This document shows, piece by piece, positions 1-13,317 of a stretch of 64,000 bases of DNA (its first letter is position 1; the number at the start of each line of letters is the position of its first letter). The stretch is from Lama guanicoe. Taxonomy: Eukaryota. The stretch is taken from the NCBI GenBank assembly GCA_013239625.1, contig MU056029.1, forward strand, positions 558,001 to 622,000, given 5' to 3'. Position numbers and translations under genes: made by a program. Below the pieces are notes generated by a model that saw only the letters and a list, made by a program, of their open reading frames with translations, made no database searches and was not told the DNA's origin.

Positions 1-17
1 GATGGTTAAGAGCCTCC

Positions 18-152
18 CTGCTCAGAGTGTGGTCCATAGACAGGCAGGTGCAGCGCCACCTGGAATCTGTGAGAAATTCAGAATCTTAGCCACACCCTCC
101 ATTGACTGGGTGAGAATCTGAATTCTCATTCGAGTTTGAGAAGCCCTGCTTT
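18..152. mobile_element. MER5-like hAT-Charlie DNA transposon fragment
   Basis: Characteristic motifs cacctggaatctgtgagaaattcagaatct...agtttgagaagccctgc; family assigned from memory. Confidence 0.6.
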
Positions 153-321
153 AGCTGGATCGTGTCCATGTGGACTTGCAGATTTCCTGCAATCCCCTGA
201 TGGTGGGATTGTCCAACTCATTACTCGCCAGGATGTTTCAAAGATGCCCAAACACTTAAAATCATTCTTCACCACCCTGAGAAAGTTATTACCAAGAACT
301 GTGAAGGGTCAGGGATTCTGT

Positions 322-785
322 TTTTTTTTTTTTATTGAAGTATAGCTGGTTTACAATGTTGTGTCAATTTCAGGTGTTCAGCGTAATGCTTTAGTCATAT
401 AGGAACATACATATATTCATTTTCATATTCTTTTTCCTATAAGATATTGACTATAGTTCCTTGTGCTATACAGTATAAACTTGATGTTTATCTATTTTAT
501 ATATAGTAGTTAGTATCTGCAAATCTCAAACTCCAAATTTATCCCTTCCCACTCCCTTCCCCTACTGATAACCGTAAATTTGTTTCCTATGTCTGTGAGT
601 CTGTTTTGTAAGTACATTAATTTGTGTCTTTTTTTTTAAGATTCCACATATGGGTGATATCATATGGTAGTTTTCTTTCTCTTTCTGGCTTACTTCACTT
701 AGAATGACAATCTCCAGGTCCATCCATCTTGCTGCAAATGGCTTTATTTTATTCTTTTTTATGGCTGTGTAGTATTCCATTATAT
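322..785 (-). mobile_element. 5'-truncated L1 (ORF2 C-terminus + 3'UTR + polyA)
   Basis: Poly-T at 322; ORF 562..780 (-) [32 protein letters not shown] is the L1 ORF2 terminal motif. Confidence 0.92.
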
Positions 786-2729
786 AAATATAATATTTAA
801 TTTCTAGATCCCTTAAACTTCTGGGCTATTTCTTTACATAAGCTGCTTGCAGATTCTATTCTGCTTTACAGAGTTTAGCAGGGGATGAGCAGGGAAGCCA
901 AAGTCAGAGATAGTTTATTTAGCTACAAATAAATCCCTTCTACAATTTTTATGTAAAAAGATAGGGAATAAAATGATGTTTTCAAAATAGTTATGATTTT
1001 ATTTCTCAGTGCTAAACTCTGCTACCATGGACACACAAGATTGGTCTCTTCTTTATTTTAGGACTCAGTTCAACTAAAAGACAATTCAAGTATAATTGTT
1101 GGTGTTGTCATATGTGGGCGAGAAAAGATACTTGAGAGTTTTTCCCTCATTTAAGTAGCATAATAAACTAAAGATGACAAAGGGCAGAAAGATATTCTTT
1201 TATTAATGGAATAATTACTAATGACTACAACAGCAGTCATTAGATTTAACTTATTTCCAAAGATGTGTCAAAACATGTTTTTAATTATTCATTGTTCTGT
1301 ATGTACAAGGCAAGCCTTCACCCATGCAACGTAAGGAACACCATCTCTTTCTGGAGGATGTTTGGGTCCTGTTGATGTGCTGGGACTGGTGCTCTCAACC
1401 CAACTGCCGTGCACCCTCAAGGCAGGGATTCACCTGGTCAGTGGCTCCTGCATGTCCATATGCTCCTGCTCTGTCCCAGATCCCTAACTCTGTCTGTCCC
1501 TCACCAATGTCCCCAATATCCTTGTCATAGTGTGACCAGGAGTGGAAAGCTCTTAATAAACAGAAGAGCTGAAACTAGCAAAAACAATCAGATTTTCCCT
1601 CTGTGAATGGAACAGAGAAGTGTGGAGAGAGGGTCCCGCCAGTTCCATGAGAAGATGCCAAAATGAAGCAACGAGACCTGCCCCGGAGACCATTCGGGAG
1701 CTGGAGTGCTGAGTCAGCAGAAGTCATGCACAAGTTATTTAGGGAAGCAGTCGAGGTGGGCAGCTGGGGCAACAGGAGTGTCACAAACAGAGATGGAGAA
1801 GCTGAGGGATCGCAGGGGCCAGAGGTAGCAGTGTCCTACTGCTGCCTTGGGTCTGCAGCTGACACTTCTGGCACAATTACAGTTCTTTATTTCCACCCAA
1901 GGCCATCCACGCACTGTTCCTGAGTTCCTATGAGATTTCACCCCCTTTAGTTCCACATTCATCCTTATTATCAAGACTCCATCACTGGAAGTTGACTGAA
2001 AATACCTTCCTTCTCTGTTATCCAAATGGCCCAAGTAACACACCAGCCACATTTCCATGCAAGAGTCATCACTGTCAAGGGGACAGTCCCTCACCTTCTA
2101 GTGTATCATTAGATACTAGAATGTTCTGTCAGTCTCCTGGTTTGGGTTGAGTTCACTCTGGTTCCATATCCATGGGGACAACCTGCTGATGTCACTCCTG
2201 AAGCTTTTATGGGAAGAGATTGCATGTGTGCCAAAGTCTGCAAGCTTTCACAGCCTTCCTTTCCCGGCCAGGAAGTAAGATGTGAAAGCTACTTTACAGT
2301 GAACCCAATGCAGACAGTCCTCACTCTGCGTGGCAGCACAGAACTGCAAAAATGACTTTGCAAGTTGAAATTATGCAGAGTGGGATAAAGGAATTGTCCC
2401 ACGACCTTTAAAATTTTTTAACATTAAAATTTGTTAAAACATTGAACATTAAAGCTTCAAAAATATACATATTAAACATTAATATTTTACTGTAATCTGA
2501 ATTTTAAACATATAATTGTCATGCAGTAATCTTCTAATTAAATAGCATTTTAATTAAATTACATTGAATATTTTAGTATAATGGGAAAGCTTTTGTGTAA
2601 ATTACGTATTAACATTAAATATTTTAATTAAACATGATTTGCTGAAACATTCAATTTTGTTGAAACATCAAATGTATAGAGAAATAAATAATAAATCGAT
2701 AAACTAATATTTAGTACACTGTAATATTA

Positions 2730-3452
2730 CTTTTTGTAACTTGTTTTGTTACAGTTTACATAAGAAATGCAGGCGTGGAATAAGGAAATTTATGCCATTC
2801 TTTGTTTTGTCCCATTGGCTTGATCACAACTGCTTTCTCCCCTTGCCTCCCTCCCACACTGCTTTTAAATCATTTCAGAGGAAGCTGGGAGACGCCGTAC
2901 TTCACTTTTACTTGGAAGTACTCCAGAGTGTATTTCCTGAGAACAAGGACTCCTCTTATGCTATCCCTCTGCAGTAATCAAAACAGGAACTATAACATTG
3001 AAACTATCATCTAACCTGCAATCTATATTCAAATTTCCTTAATTGTCCCTATAACGTCTTTTATCCATATTTGCTCCCAGCCCAGGATCCAGTCCAAAAT
3101 CATGCATTGCTTTCCAGTGTCACATCTTTTTAGTTTATGTTTGTTTTCAAAGGTTTCACTTTTTAAAATTTATTTTTTTTATGTTTACAATTTTTTATTT
3201 TTTTCAAGGGGAAGGTAATTAGGTTTATTTTATTTATTTTAGTGGAGGTCCTGGGAATTGAACCCAGGACCTTGTGCATGCTCAGTGGCAATCTACCACT
3301 GAGCTATAGCCCTACCTGCCTTTTTTAGTTTCTTTTAATCTGGAGTTCTACAGCTTTTGTCTTTCTTTTTTTCCCCCTTTAATTTAACTTAAATTTTTTC
3401 CAGTTTTATTGAGCTATAATTGACATACACTATTGGGTAAGTTTAAGAAGTA
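2730..3452 (-). mobile_element. Old L1 (L1MC-like) 3'UTR fragments nested in the Tigger element
   Basis: Motifs gtgtatttcctgagaacaaggac, ccaggatccagtccaaaatcatgcattgc; L1 3' terminus ttttattgagctataattgacatac at about 3405. Confidence 0.6.
3207..3320 (-). mobile_element. tRNA-derived SINE (camelid vic-1-like)
   Basis: Reverse complement has tRNA-Ala-like head tagctcagtggtag...ggtcctgggttcaattcccag and tail aataaacctaattacc. Confidence 0.85.
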
Positions 3453-6400
3453 AGTTGTCATTTAAAACATCACAAATCTTAAGAACTAAAGTGTTTTATC
3501 TCACTGTGAAAATCTTTCCAGGATCATCAGAGCAGCGCTTCCCTTCTGCCCAGGGTACAGCATGCAGCACCTTTCTACGCCTTGGTGAACTGTCTTCATC
3601 TTTTCTGCTTGGCTCGCTTCCTAGATTTTATCCTTTGTGTTTTCAGAGTCATAAACTCTCTCTGAAAGTTCTGTCCTGTGCAGTTTTTTGCCCGCCTCCC
3701 TTCCTCTGGGGCCCACGCCATCCTTTTTGTCACAACCACTTTCCTAATGTATGTCAATAAATTCTCCTTCACTGAGGCCATCTGGCTGTGTATCTAGAGT
3801 TTCTCCAACGGCTGCACATTGACACTTCCCTGACCAGTGGTTTCCTCTGTAACTCTGTGTACTTTCGATTCAGATTTCTCTTCCACTGTTACCACTTTTC
3901 ACTTCTGCGCCTTTATCTGTGTCTGCCAATCCCCTCTTCCAACGATCTGGTTTTGTAAAATGTCAGGTGGGTTTATCGCTGGGAGACAAGGAGGCAACCA
4001 CGTTACATGCTTTGCTGTCTGTGTGTGAACTGAGGACAGATGCTCAGTGACGACCTTTATCAGTGGACTTGACCATCTTGCAAAGCTGACACCCACGGAG
4101 TGACCTGTGGACTGAGGAGCTGGCCATGAAAACGTTCACAAGTAGCACACCGAGTAACTGCAGTCCTCACATGTGGGAGCCACACTACCTGTGTCGGACC
4201 CAAATACCCATCATCTTACAATTGCTGGCAACTCTTTGAAAGATGGCAGTGCTTTGGGACGATGTGACTCAATATTTTACACCAAGGAGGACCCAAGAAA
4301 TTCCAGAACTCGTGGTTGATAACTCAGTCCATACCACAGTATCAGTGTTATCTAGGTGATGAATTTCAACTCCATAGTTAGTCCCTTTCTGACCACTTTT
4401 CTGTGAAACATGTCAATGCTACGGTCATCATCTCTGTCAGGTTGTGTCTGTTGTGGAGACAGTGGGCCCAGCAACCTTTGCTCAGAGGAGACACCTGCCT
4501 TGTGGAAGACAAACTACCATATGCTTAACCAAGCCAGCTCCACAGCCATCTCTCAAAACACATCATTGTCAGATCAGTTCACTGACTGGGAAAATGATAA
4601 AATTGCCCAGTGACAACATTTTTATAAACTTCATTTTCTACTTCAATCTACAGACAAGTCTCAGGGATTCCTTCTGAGATTAACTTGGAAGAAATTTGCT
4701 GCTTCCTGCTAGGCTTAAAGTCTCGTGGATGGCAGCTGCCTTTGCTCCAATCTAATGTTATCTGGAAATAGTATGTGGAGTATTATTCTCAGCTGTACAA
4801 TATTTAAGTGGACATTACTCAACCTACAGCATCCACAGTCAGTTGCTTTCTTGCTGTTTCCCATTAAAAAATGAAAAATTTAAAAGCAACATCCCTTGGT
4901 TCACTTTATTTCCCATCTCATTTGTTTAATCAGTAGATATTTGGAACCAGGATCATGGGTCTGGTTATCAATAATTAAAGTTTTTAGAGTATTTCTGGGC
5001 AAAATCTGACAACTCTATGAAAAGATTTTTGTTTTCTTTAAATATAAAATAGATACAAAATATTGCATCTTGCTCCATCAGGCCCTGCAGCTCAAAGCTG
5101 AAGTTCAGTGGGTTTATCAGACGCTCTCAAGCAACTCCCTGGGTTCCAACTTTCATTTAGGTTTTAACTGCTGATGGCTCTGCTTCCGTCTGCCAAATTA
5201 TTGCTGCATATAAAATATTTCCTCTTATATTTTATCTGCAGTTTTAGTTCAGCAGGAGGGTCTATCATAGTATCTAGATTGCCTTTTTTGCATAAATTTA
5301 TGCACATTTTTCAAGATTACAGAAAACAACAGTTAATGTGCATTAATTTCTTATAAGGAAGGAATGTAAAAGCGTATGTCACATTTTAATAGACAATAAT
5401 ACAGTGTTTCCTACTGTGTTTTCATTCAGCCTTTTCATTCATAATGGTCTGTGATGGCAGTAACTACCGTTTGCAAACAAAAAAGGCCAGGCTCGGTTCT
5501 GATCAAATGAAAACATACCCTCTTAGAGAAACTGCTTTATACTTGTCTGCGTGGAGATGCAGGGATAGTGCGCTGTTTGCCAGATTCCACCAGTAAATGG
5601 TTCTTAGGAATTCTGAGTTTGTACATTTGTCCTATTAAATGTCCTTTAGTGGATCACATTTATAATTAGCTGGAATTTTCTATCTTATGTGTGAAAAGCC
5701 TTTTGATAATTGCACTTGGAGTAAATGTTTGATTTTTTTTAAAAATTGCGATTGTTGGAAAACACGTCCCCAGAGTTGTACAGAGAATAGTCTGGTTGAC
5801 TGGAATTTAGCTCAAGACTAAAAATAACTGATTTCTTCATCAAAAGGAAAGCACTTCTTTTTATTTTATAATTCTGGTTCTGTTGGGGAAGCATAAGACC
5901 TTGGTGCTTCGGCCAGCAAGAGAGGTGCAATGAGAGGGTGACTTTATGGAGAACAGACTGAGGAGGAGGTTGGAGGGAGAACTGGTTGGGGTGAAGGAAG
6001 GGTGGGCCCAGGGGTGCTTCTGATGGAAGGCTGGACATGGCAGTTGGACACAGCATTTGGATTTATGGCAGCCACAATACTCAGGATCCCACACTCTGAT
6101 TGTGTGGGTCACCTTCACCTAATGCCCCACTGCAGGCCAGTTCTTTTCTGCAAACAGTTGTGTCCTCCAGCCTTGCTGTGGGGCTGGGCATCCCGGAAGC
6201 AGGTCATGGGATGCTTAGCTGTGCAGAAGGTTGCCCACTGCAGCTGGGAAGACCAAAGCCATGCAGATTACGTCCTGAGTAATTTAAAATTGCTCAGCCC
6301 GCTTTAAAGACGTACCCAGTATCTGAGTAAATCTGCCTTCACTCGTGGCCCCAGAAATGCATTTAGGTTTCTGCCCTCAAACAACATCACCTAGTAAAAG

Positions 6401-7021
6401 CAGATCTAGACATGCTGTTTATGACTGTGTGCTGGGATTCATCTCAGTGTTCACCTACCTTCTCTGGAGAGAAAAGAGAGATGTGAGGGGGGCTGAGCTC
6501 AGACCCCTAGCCCATCAGGAGCACAGCCTCATCCACACTCTGGGCCTCACTCTCTTCTGCTTCTTGCTTCCTGTCTTTTCCTTTATTGCTACGAAAGTAA
6601 CAGGTGCTCCTTAAAGGCATTTGGTCAATGGAGAAACAGTAAAAAAAAAAACAAATAAAGAATCATCTGGTCTATTTCTTTTCAGCGTTTTAAAAAAGTT
6701 TTTTCAACAAGATAGAATGTACTATTTATGCAGTTTAATTTCTTAATTTTATTACTTTACATTCTATCACATTTTGCAGGCTGTTTTTACAACCTGAGCA
6801 TTGATGGTTGCTTGACAGTCTGCTGAAGTCACACAGCCATCATGGTGGTCACTTACATTTTATAATTTACCTTTTAGAGTAATCATTATCCGTGGAGTGA
6901 GAAATTTTTCAGTGGTTTTCTAGGAGGACGCCAAACTCACTCAGTATGATGGCCAAGACTTGGAGAGCAGGTGGCAGCTTGGTGTTTGTGCTTCTCAACC
7001 TGCCTCCCACCTCCCAGGAGG

Positions 7022-7596
7022 TGTTGCCGTCGAATAAGTACTTGGCTTGTGCAGGAAAGAACTCAAGAGCGAGGCACAGTAAAGTGCAAGCAAGTGTATT
7101 TAGAGACACACACTCCGTAGTGCAGTCCATCTCACTCAGAAGGAAGAGCGGCTCGGGAGATGCACACTCCATAGGCAGAAGGTGGGCCATCTCAGAGGGC
7201 AGGAGAGAGACCATGAGGTGTGGGGGTGTTTAGTTCAAAGTAAACAGTAGATGCACACTCCATAGAGAGAGTGGACCATCTCAGAAGGAAAGAGAGTAAC
7301 CACGAGGTGCGGGGGTGTTAGTTTTTGTGGGCTGGGTAATTTCATATGGTAATGAGTAGGAGGGCTATTCCAACTATTTTGGGGAAGGGGTGGGGATTTT
7401 CAGGAATTGGGTTCTGCCCACTCTGTGACCTTTTATGGTCAACCCAGGAACTGTCATGGCTCCTGTGGGTGTTCTGTGGGTCTAGACTAGGTCCACTGGG
7501 AGTCAACTCTTCTGCCATCTTGGTTCTAACCAGTTGGCCTCCACTGTTGAGTCATTCCCTCAGTGGTTGTGCCCTGCCCCCTTCGGTCCTGTCTCA
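7022..7596 (-). mobile_element. ERV1-type solo LTR
   Basis: TG...CA termini on minus strand (TGAGACAGG...CAACA); homologous to the LTRs at 30570 and 51100; no TSD recognised. Confidence 0.8.
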
Positions 7597-8380
7597 ATCC
7601 CACCAATTCTCCAGAAGACCTGCTTTCTTCATGAGGCAGTGTTTTGCTATAAAAAGTATTTCCCTCTAAAATGATACTGAGATGATGGCATTTCTAGAAT
7701 GAAATCTCCTTCTAAAACAGAATCTGCTTCTTAATAAACGTCATCACTCTGAGAGAAGTTGAGCATTTCAAGGTAGAGGTGGATATTAACATGTTGCAGA
7801 GACAGCCTCCAGGAAGAAGAGATGGAAAGAGGATCAGGATGCCTGATGGCACTTCACATGCACCTTGATGCATGTGCCCTTCCTTGGCATGACAGAAAGG
7901 AACCATCACTTTAGGATGGCCACACTGGAAATCCTGGAGTAAAACAGCACATATTTTTCTTACCAGTATAAGTTTTTATGAAAGGAAATGCATTTAGAAA
8001 CAGAGCATTTTTAACGAATCTCTTTTTCTTGTTAGCAGCGCAGTCTGCTGCCTGGAAGGCTTTAAATGCTCTCCTGCCTGAATTATTTGGTAATTAATCA
8101 TGCATAATACCTTAAATTCCACAGGCGGCTGGCTGAAAACCCTCCAGTGGCTGCTGTGTCTGGTAGCTGAAAGTCAATTCCTACTCAATTGAAGAGGGAG
8201 GCAAATGACAGAGTAGTAGTTTTGCCCAGGGATCTAATAAAGATAATTTCTCACCTTGGCCAGCGCCAAAACCTTCTCAAACAGGCAGATTAAGTGCTAT
8301 GATCAGCCTGCTGTGATCTGATTTGGTTCATTTGAAGTATCAAGTCAAATCAAATCATTCACTTGCTAGACCACCATTGT

Positions 8381-8791
8381 TATGATGATGCTGGTAATAT
8401 TAATGGTGGTGATGATGGTGGTGATGATGGTGATGGTGGTGGTCATGGTGGTGGTGGTCGTGGTGGTGGTGATGGTGATGCTGGTGGTGATGATGGTGGT
8501 CATGGTGGTGGCGGTGGTGATGATGGTGGTGATGATGGTGATGGTGGTGGTCATGGTGGTGGTGGTGATGATGGTGGTGATGATGGTGATGGTGGTGGTC
8601 ATGGTGGTGGTGGTGATGATGGTGATGCTGGTGGTGATGATGGTGATGCTGGTGGTGATGATGGTGGTCATGGTGGTGGTGGTGATGATGGTGATGATGG
8701 TGGTGGTGAGGATGGTGGTTATGTTGGTGGTGATGGTGCTGCTGCTGATGGTGATGGTGGTAACAGTGATACCAATGAAGGTGGTGGTGAT
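8381..8791. repeat. Compound (GGT/GAT)n trinucleotide repeat with higher-order units
   Basis: About 410 bp of in-phase GGT/GAT/CAT/GCT triplets. Confidence 0.97.
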
Positions 8792-9249
8792 TAACACTTT
8801 GGATTATATGCCAGTTTCTCTCTTCTGATGGCTTGAAAAACTTTCACATGTATTTTACCTTCATGACAAAGTGGAGATTAGTACCCTAGTTTCACACTCT
8901 ATAAATTTGAGAATGTCAAGGAAAATTGCCCAGGGTCACAGACCCCCTCCCCCCACCAGGACACCCAGCCCATTTTCCACCACTAGCCTGGACTGATGTT
9001 ATTGAATGGAAGTACCAAGACCTAAAAGGTTACTGTACTCTCAGGAACTGGCTTCCGTAGTGGTCAGGCTGCATGGGAGTCTGCACTGAGCAACCCACCA
9101 GCTCAGCCTTCAGCTTCATGCACATTCCTGGTTGATCAGAGCAAATCATCAGCCAGGAAATGAGAAGAGAGGGAGATACATTCAGGGGACTAACCAAAAA
9201 TAGACAGATATCAGGATCCTACCAAAACAGTCTGGGTCTTATTTATATG

Positions 9250-9390
9250 GTGGGGTAGAGATGTTAGCTAATGCTATGGTGGTAGTCATTTTGCAATACA
9301 TAAATTTATCAAATCAACACATTGCACATCTTAAACATATGCAATGTTATATGTTAATTACATCTCAAAAGAACTAGGGGAGAAAAGAAT
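9250..9390 (+). mobile_element. Old L1 (L1MA/MB-like) 3' end
   Basis: atcaaatcaacacattgcacatcttaaacatatgcaatgttatatgttaattacatctcaaaa terminal motif. Confidence 0.7.
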
Positions 9391-10149
9391 ATTTGAGGAC
9401 ATTTTAGAGTCATCCTGTGTATTCAGAAGGTTACTCATTTTTTATGCTGAAGAACACTCTGCTTTTAAAGGGCTTGTGTGATTAGATTAGAACCCTTTTC
9501 CCCAATAATTTCTCTTTTGCAATATAAAATATTGTAATTTCAGGAATATCACTGAGGAGCAAAGGTCCTGGGAGCCATCTTAAAATTCTGCTCAGAACAC
9601 GAGGGAACCATGTCTTTGGAGCACAGCTTGCCTATGGGGCTGCTCCAAAGGGCCCATGTCTAGCCTTGTCAAATTAAGATTGTTGCACCCTCCCCACGAA
9701 ATAGTGTCACATATTAGCAATGTGGAATTTATGAAATAATGTTCTACGACATCCCTGGTCTGCTCATCTTTCTGTTTTTCAAGCTTCTTTCCTTCTATTT
9801 GGAACTCCCTTAACTCTCTCTATAATGGTTATCCTTACTCACTTCCCTTGATTTTATTTTTCCCTTTTTCTATACCCTTAACACTTTCTATTTTCAAAAC
9901 AAGCAAAGTTGCTCCCAGCTGTCATCAACTAAGACTTCTAATTAAATGTCATTTGATGAATTAATACGATGATCTGTAGAGAGCTCCGTGGCTGCCCATC
10001 TTCCAAGTCCTATATCCCACAACACAGTCCTCTTATGTAATTATAACTTTATTAAGAATTCAAGTTCAATCCTGTTATTATTCCTTATATCAGAGATTCT
10101 TCTGGTTATTTTCTGAAATGCGTTTTCTTTGGCTCCCAAAATTTGTCTG

Positions 10150-12620
10150 AATCATTTTTATAATAACTTTATTAAAACATTTAAAACTAATGGTAAATTT
10201 AAAACGTATCTAAGGGGTAAATAGTATAATGAACCCACATGAATCTTTTACTCAACTTCAACAATTATCAACATTTTGCCAATCTTATTTGATAACCCCT
10301 CCTTTTTTTATTCCTGGTGTATTTTAAAGGAAATCTCAGGTCTCAACTCATTTAGTCTATGACCATTTCATCTCTAACAAAGAAGGAGGTCTTCTTATAT
10401 AATGTCATCATCACACTTATCAAAATTAACAATAATATCTCAATATACAGTATCTAATCTGTATTAGCATGTTTCCAATTGTCTCAAAAATGCCTTTTAA
10501 AAACCAGAGTTTGTTTGTTTAAGTTAGGATCCAAATAAGGTACACCCAAGGCATTGTACCATTGTCTCCAGATTTGTCTCTCAGTTTTTGTGATGGTTAT
10601 GGAACTAAGCCATTTACACCTGCTGTGGGCACCATATTTGACTTGTAATTCCAGCTGCTACACTTTAAATCCTCCAGTGTATTTGAGCTGAGATTATGGT
10701 ACCTACAGGCTCCTCCCAATTATCAGTTACAGAGTCTGGCTGAAATATGAATGAACCTCCATTTGTGCAGGCAAAGAAGTCCTCTGGTAGGCAGCTTTGG
10801 CTCAAGGCTCCCGTGAAGCCTTCTCAGAGATGTGCTGCATTGATACTCTTTCTTTTTTTTTTTCATTGAGACTCTTTCTACTCAACCCTCCTTCCTTCTT
10901 TCTCTCCTTCAGAGGGAAGACAGGCTTTGTGTCTGGAAGGCTCTCTGCCTTTTTTTTTTTTTCTCCTTTTCTCTCTTCTTTTTACTTTGCAGGCATTTCA
11001 CCTAAGTAAATCTCTGGCTTCTTGAGGGAACTGAACTAATACAATTTTCTTTTCTTTTACATCATTTTTCCCCTCACTCTTTCCCCCCCATGCTATTTAT
11101 TTGTTAAATAATATGTGTCATTTGTCCTATAAATTTCCCATATCTTTGATTCGGCAGATTGATGCCTTGAGGTGCAGACTCACTTGTTTCTCTCTCCCTA
11201 GATTTCCTATCTGGTGGCTTAGTTTTATAATAAAGGTACATGATAGACGGTGCTGTGTATTGCTCAGCCCGTTAGGACAGGATGAACAGACGTCTGGTCA
11301 TCCCACTTTGAGTGCTGTGTGTTGAGACATATGGAATTCCACACCCACTTTCACATAATGAATATCAAATCAAACGATGATCCTGGTCAGGTCCTGTGAC
11401 CTCACTGGGTTACAAAATGATAGCTTTTATAATTCTACCTTTTCTTCTGCCCTTATTAGCTGGAATTCTTCCATAAAGAAGAACTTGCCTCATCGATAAT
11501 TTGGTTTCTCTGAAATAACATAAGAAAGGAAAGATAAATGCTTGATTCTTTTCTTTTATATATGGGTTTTCTGAATATTGCCTTATGCACACACTACTAC
11601 CAAAGTTATACATGCATTACTAAATGGTTGATTTTTCCTTTCTTTTATCTTTTGTATTATTTTCAGACTCCAGGATTTTTATGTATTTGTTGAATTTTAA
11701 TTGATTATAGTTTTTATTCTTTTGATGTTCAAGTTATCCAATCTTTCACCAGTAGAAGCCCCTACGTGTTGGTTCCTGTGGCTCTTTATACAATTTCATC
11801 TATCTGCTATAAATATTCTTGTTCAAGGCTTTTGTGAGCATATTTATTCATTTCTATTGGGTAAGCATCTAAGAATGGAGGTGACAGGTCATGAGGTAGG
11901 TATATGTTTAACTGTATAAAAAAACTGTTACAGTATTTTCTAAACTAACTCTGTCTTATAATTATCTTATTAAAATTTGGTATTGTTACTTTTGTTGAGT
12001 CCAGCCATTCTAGTGGGTGTGAAATAATATCTCATGTAGTCTTAATTTTCATTTCCCTAAACTAAAGGTATAAGCCCCCTCTTCTGTGCTTCTAGCCATT
12101 TGTATATCTTCTTTCAGTTTCTTATCGCAAGTTTGGCTCATATTTAAAAATTGAGCAGTTTGTCTTTTTATTATTGATATAAAGGAATATTTATATATCA
12201 TTTCTTTGTCAGATATATGTTTTGCAAATGTTTTCTCCCAAGACAAGCCTTATCTTTTAATTTTTTTAATGGTCTCTTTGGATGAACGTAAATTTTTAAT
12301 TGTGATCTTTATTCAATTTATAATTTATTTAAATAGTTAGTATACTTTTGTCCTGTCTTAGAAATCTTCCCCCATGGTTATACAGATATTTTGTTTTCCA
12401 TAAGACTTGATTATTCAGTTTTATTTAGGCTTATAATTCACCTTCAATCATTTTTTGATGTGACCATCCAAATGCGCTGCACTATTTGTAGAAAAGAGTC
12501 TCCTTTCTCCCACTAAGTTGTCTTGGTACCCTTGCTGCAAATCACTTGACCTGTTCAGGGATTCCCTGTTTTGTTCCACTGATATAGAAGTCTACTCTTA
12601 TGCTAATACGTCATGGTAAA
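10150..12620 (-). mobile_element. Degraded old L1 (L1MC/ME) fragments, interrupted by an ERVL-type LTR fragment at about 10590-11043
   Basis: L1 antisense motifs ccattctagtgggtgtgaaataatatctca, ttgcaaatgttttctccca; LTR-like end gaactgaactaataca at 11043. Confidence 0.6.
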
Positions 12621-13204
12621 TTACACATGGATGTGAAACATTTACTAAAATTTTGGCTTCTTTATCCTTATCCCCATTTATTGCAAGTTTGTTCCCCTTC
12701 CTGACTTGTCCTCAAGGACAAAAGCAGTCATAGATCTCTGCTTACCTGGGAAGAGCTCATTCCTTTTTAGAATGTAATTTATCTATATGTCTTTGTGCAC
12801 TCAGCTCCCTGGTGGGCTTAAAAACAACCACAACCATGATAATACAGGTTATCTGGATTTTTTTTCTCTCTGTCATTGTGGAAGAAATGTTTTCTACACC
12901 TTTCTTCCTCCCAATTGAAAGCAGACTCCTGGTAGTAAATTATATTTGAAAGGTGTAATTCCCACCAATAGATGTACCACTGCAGGTGGTAGTAGAGGGA
13001 AGGAAACAGAGCTTGGTGGCTATGTATTCTGAGGGTTACATTTTTCACATAGCCAGAAGAATATACTCTTATTTTGTCTCCATCTATGAGGTTAGACTAG
13101 AAGCTAAAGCAAAATGGAACTAGAGGAATCTTCATTCTCTAACTGGAAGTAATATTCTTTCTTTCTTAATTCTCTTCTCTTTTGTTTCTTTTAGTTTTAG
13201 TTGT

Positions 13205-13317
13205 TGAGGGTAGGTAATTAGGTTTATTTATTTATTTTATTGGAGGCAGTGGGTATTGAACCCAGGACCTTGTGTATGCTAGGCAGGCATTCAACCACTG
13301 AGCTATACTCTCCCCCT
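13205..13317 (-). mobile_element. vic-1-like SINE
   Basis: ggtaattaggtttattt...attgaacccaggaccttgtgtatgctagg...ccactgagctatac. Confidence 0.88.

Larger units (their letters stand above)
2311..4170 (-). mobile_element. TcMar-Tigger DNA transposon (Tigger6-like), split by an insertion at about 2726-3455
   Basis: TIR-like cagacagtcctcactctgc at 2311; minus strand 3803-3720 reads ETLDTQPDGLSEGEFIDIH*ESGCDKKD, a Tigger transposase acidic C-terminus; the two halves rejoin at tgtaat/tgtcat-ttaaaacat. Confidence 0.75.

Noticed and set aside
3596..4677. Possible processed pseudogene
   Set aside because: The coding-like part is a Tigger transposase remnant; no polyA/TSD or cellular protein similarity seen
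8363..8828. 143-148 aa low-complexity ORFs as a glycine-rich protein gene
   Set aside because: Openness follows from triplet composition; the Gly/Asp frame starts at TTG; no exon or promoter context
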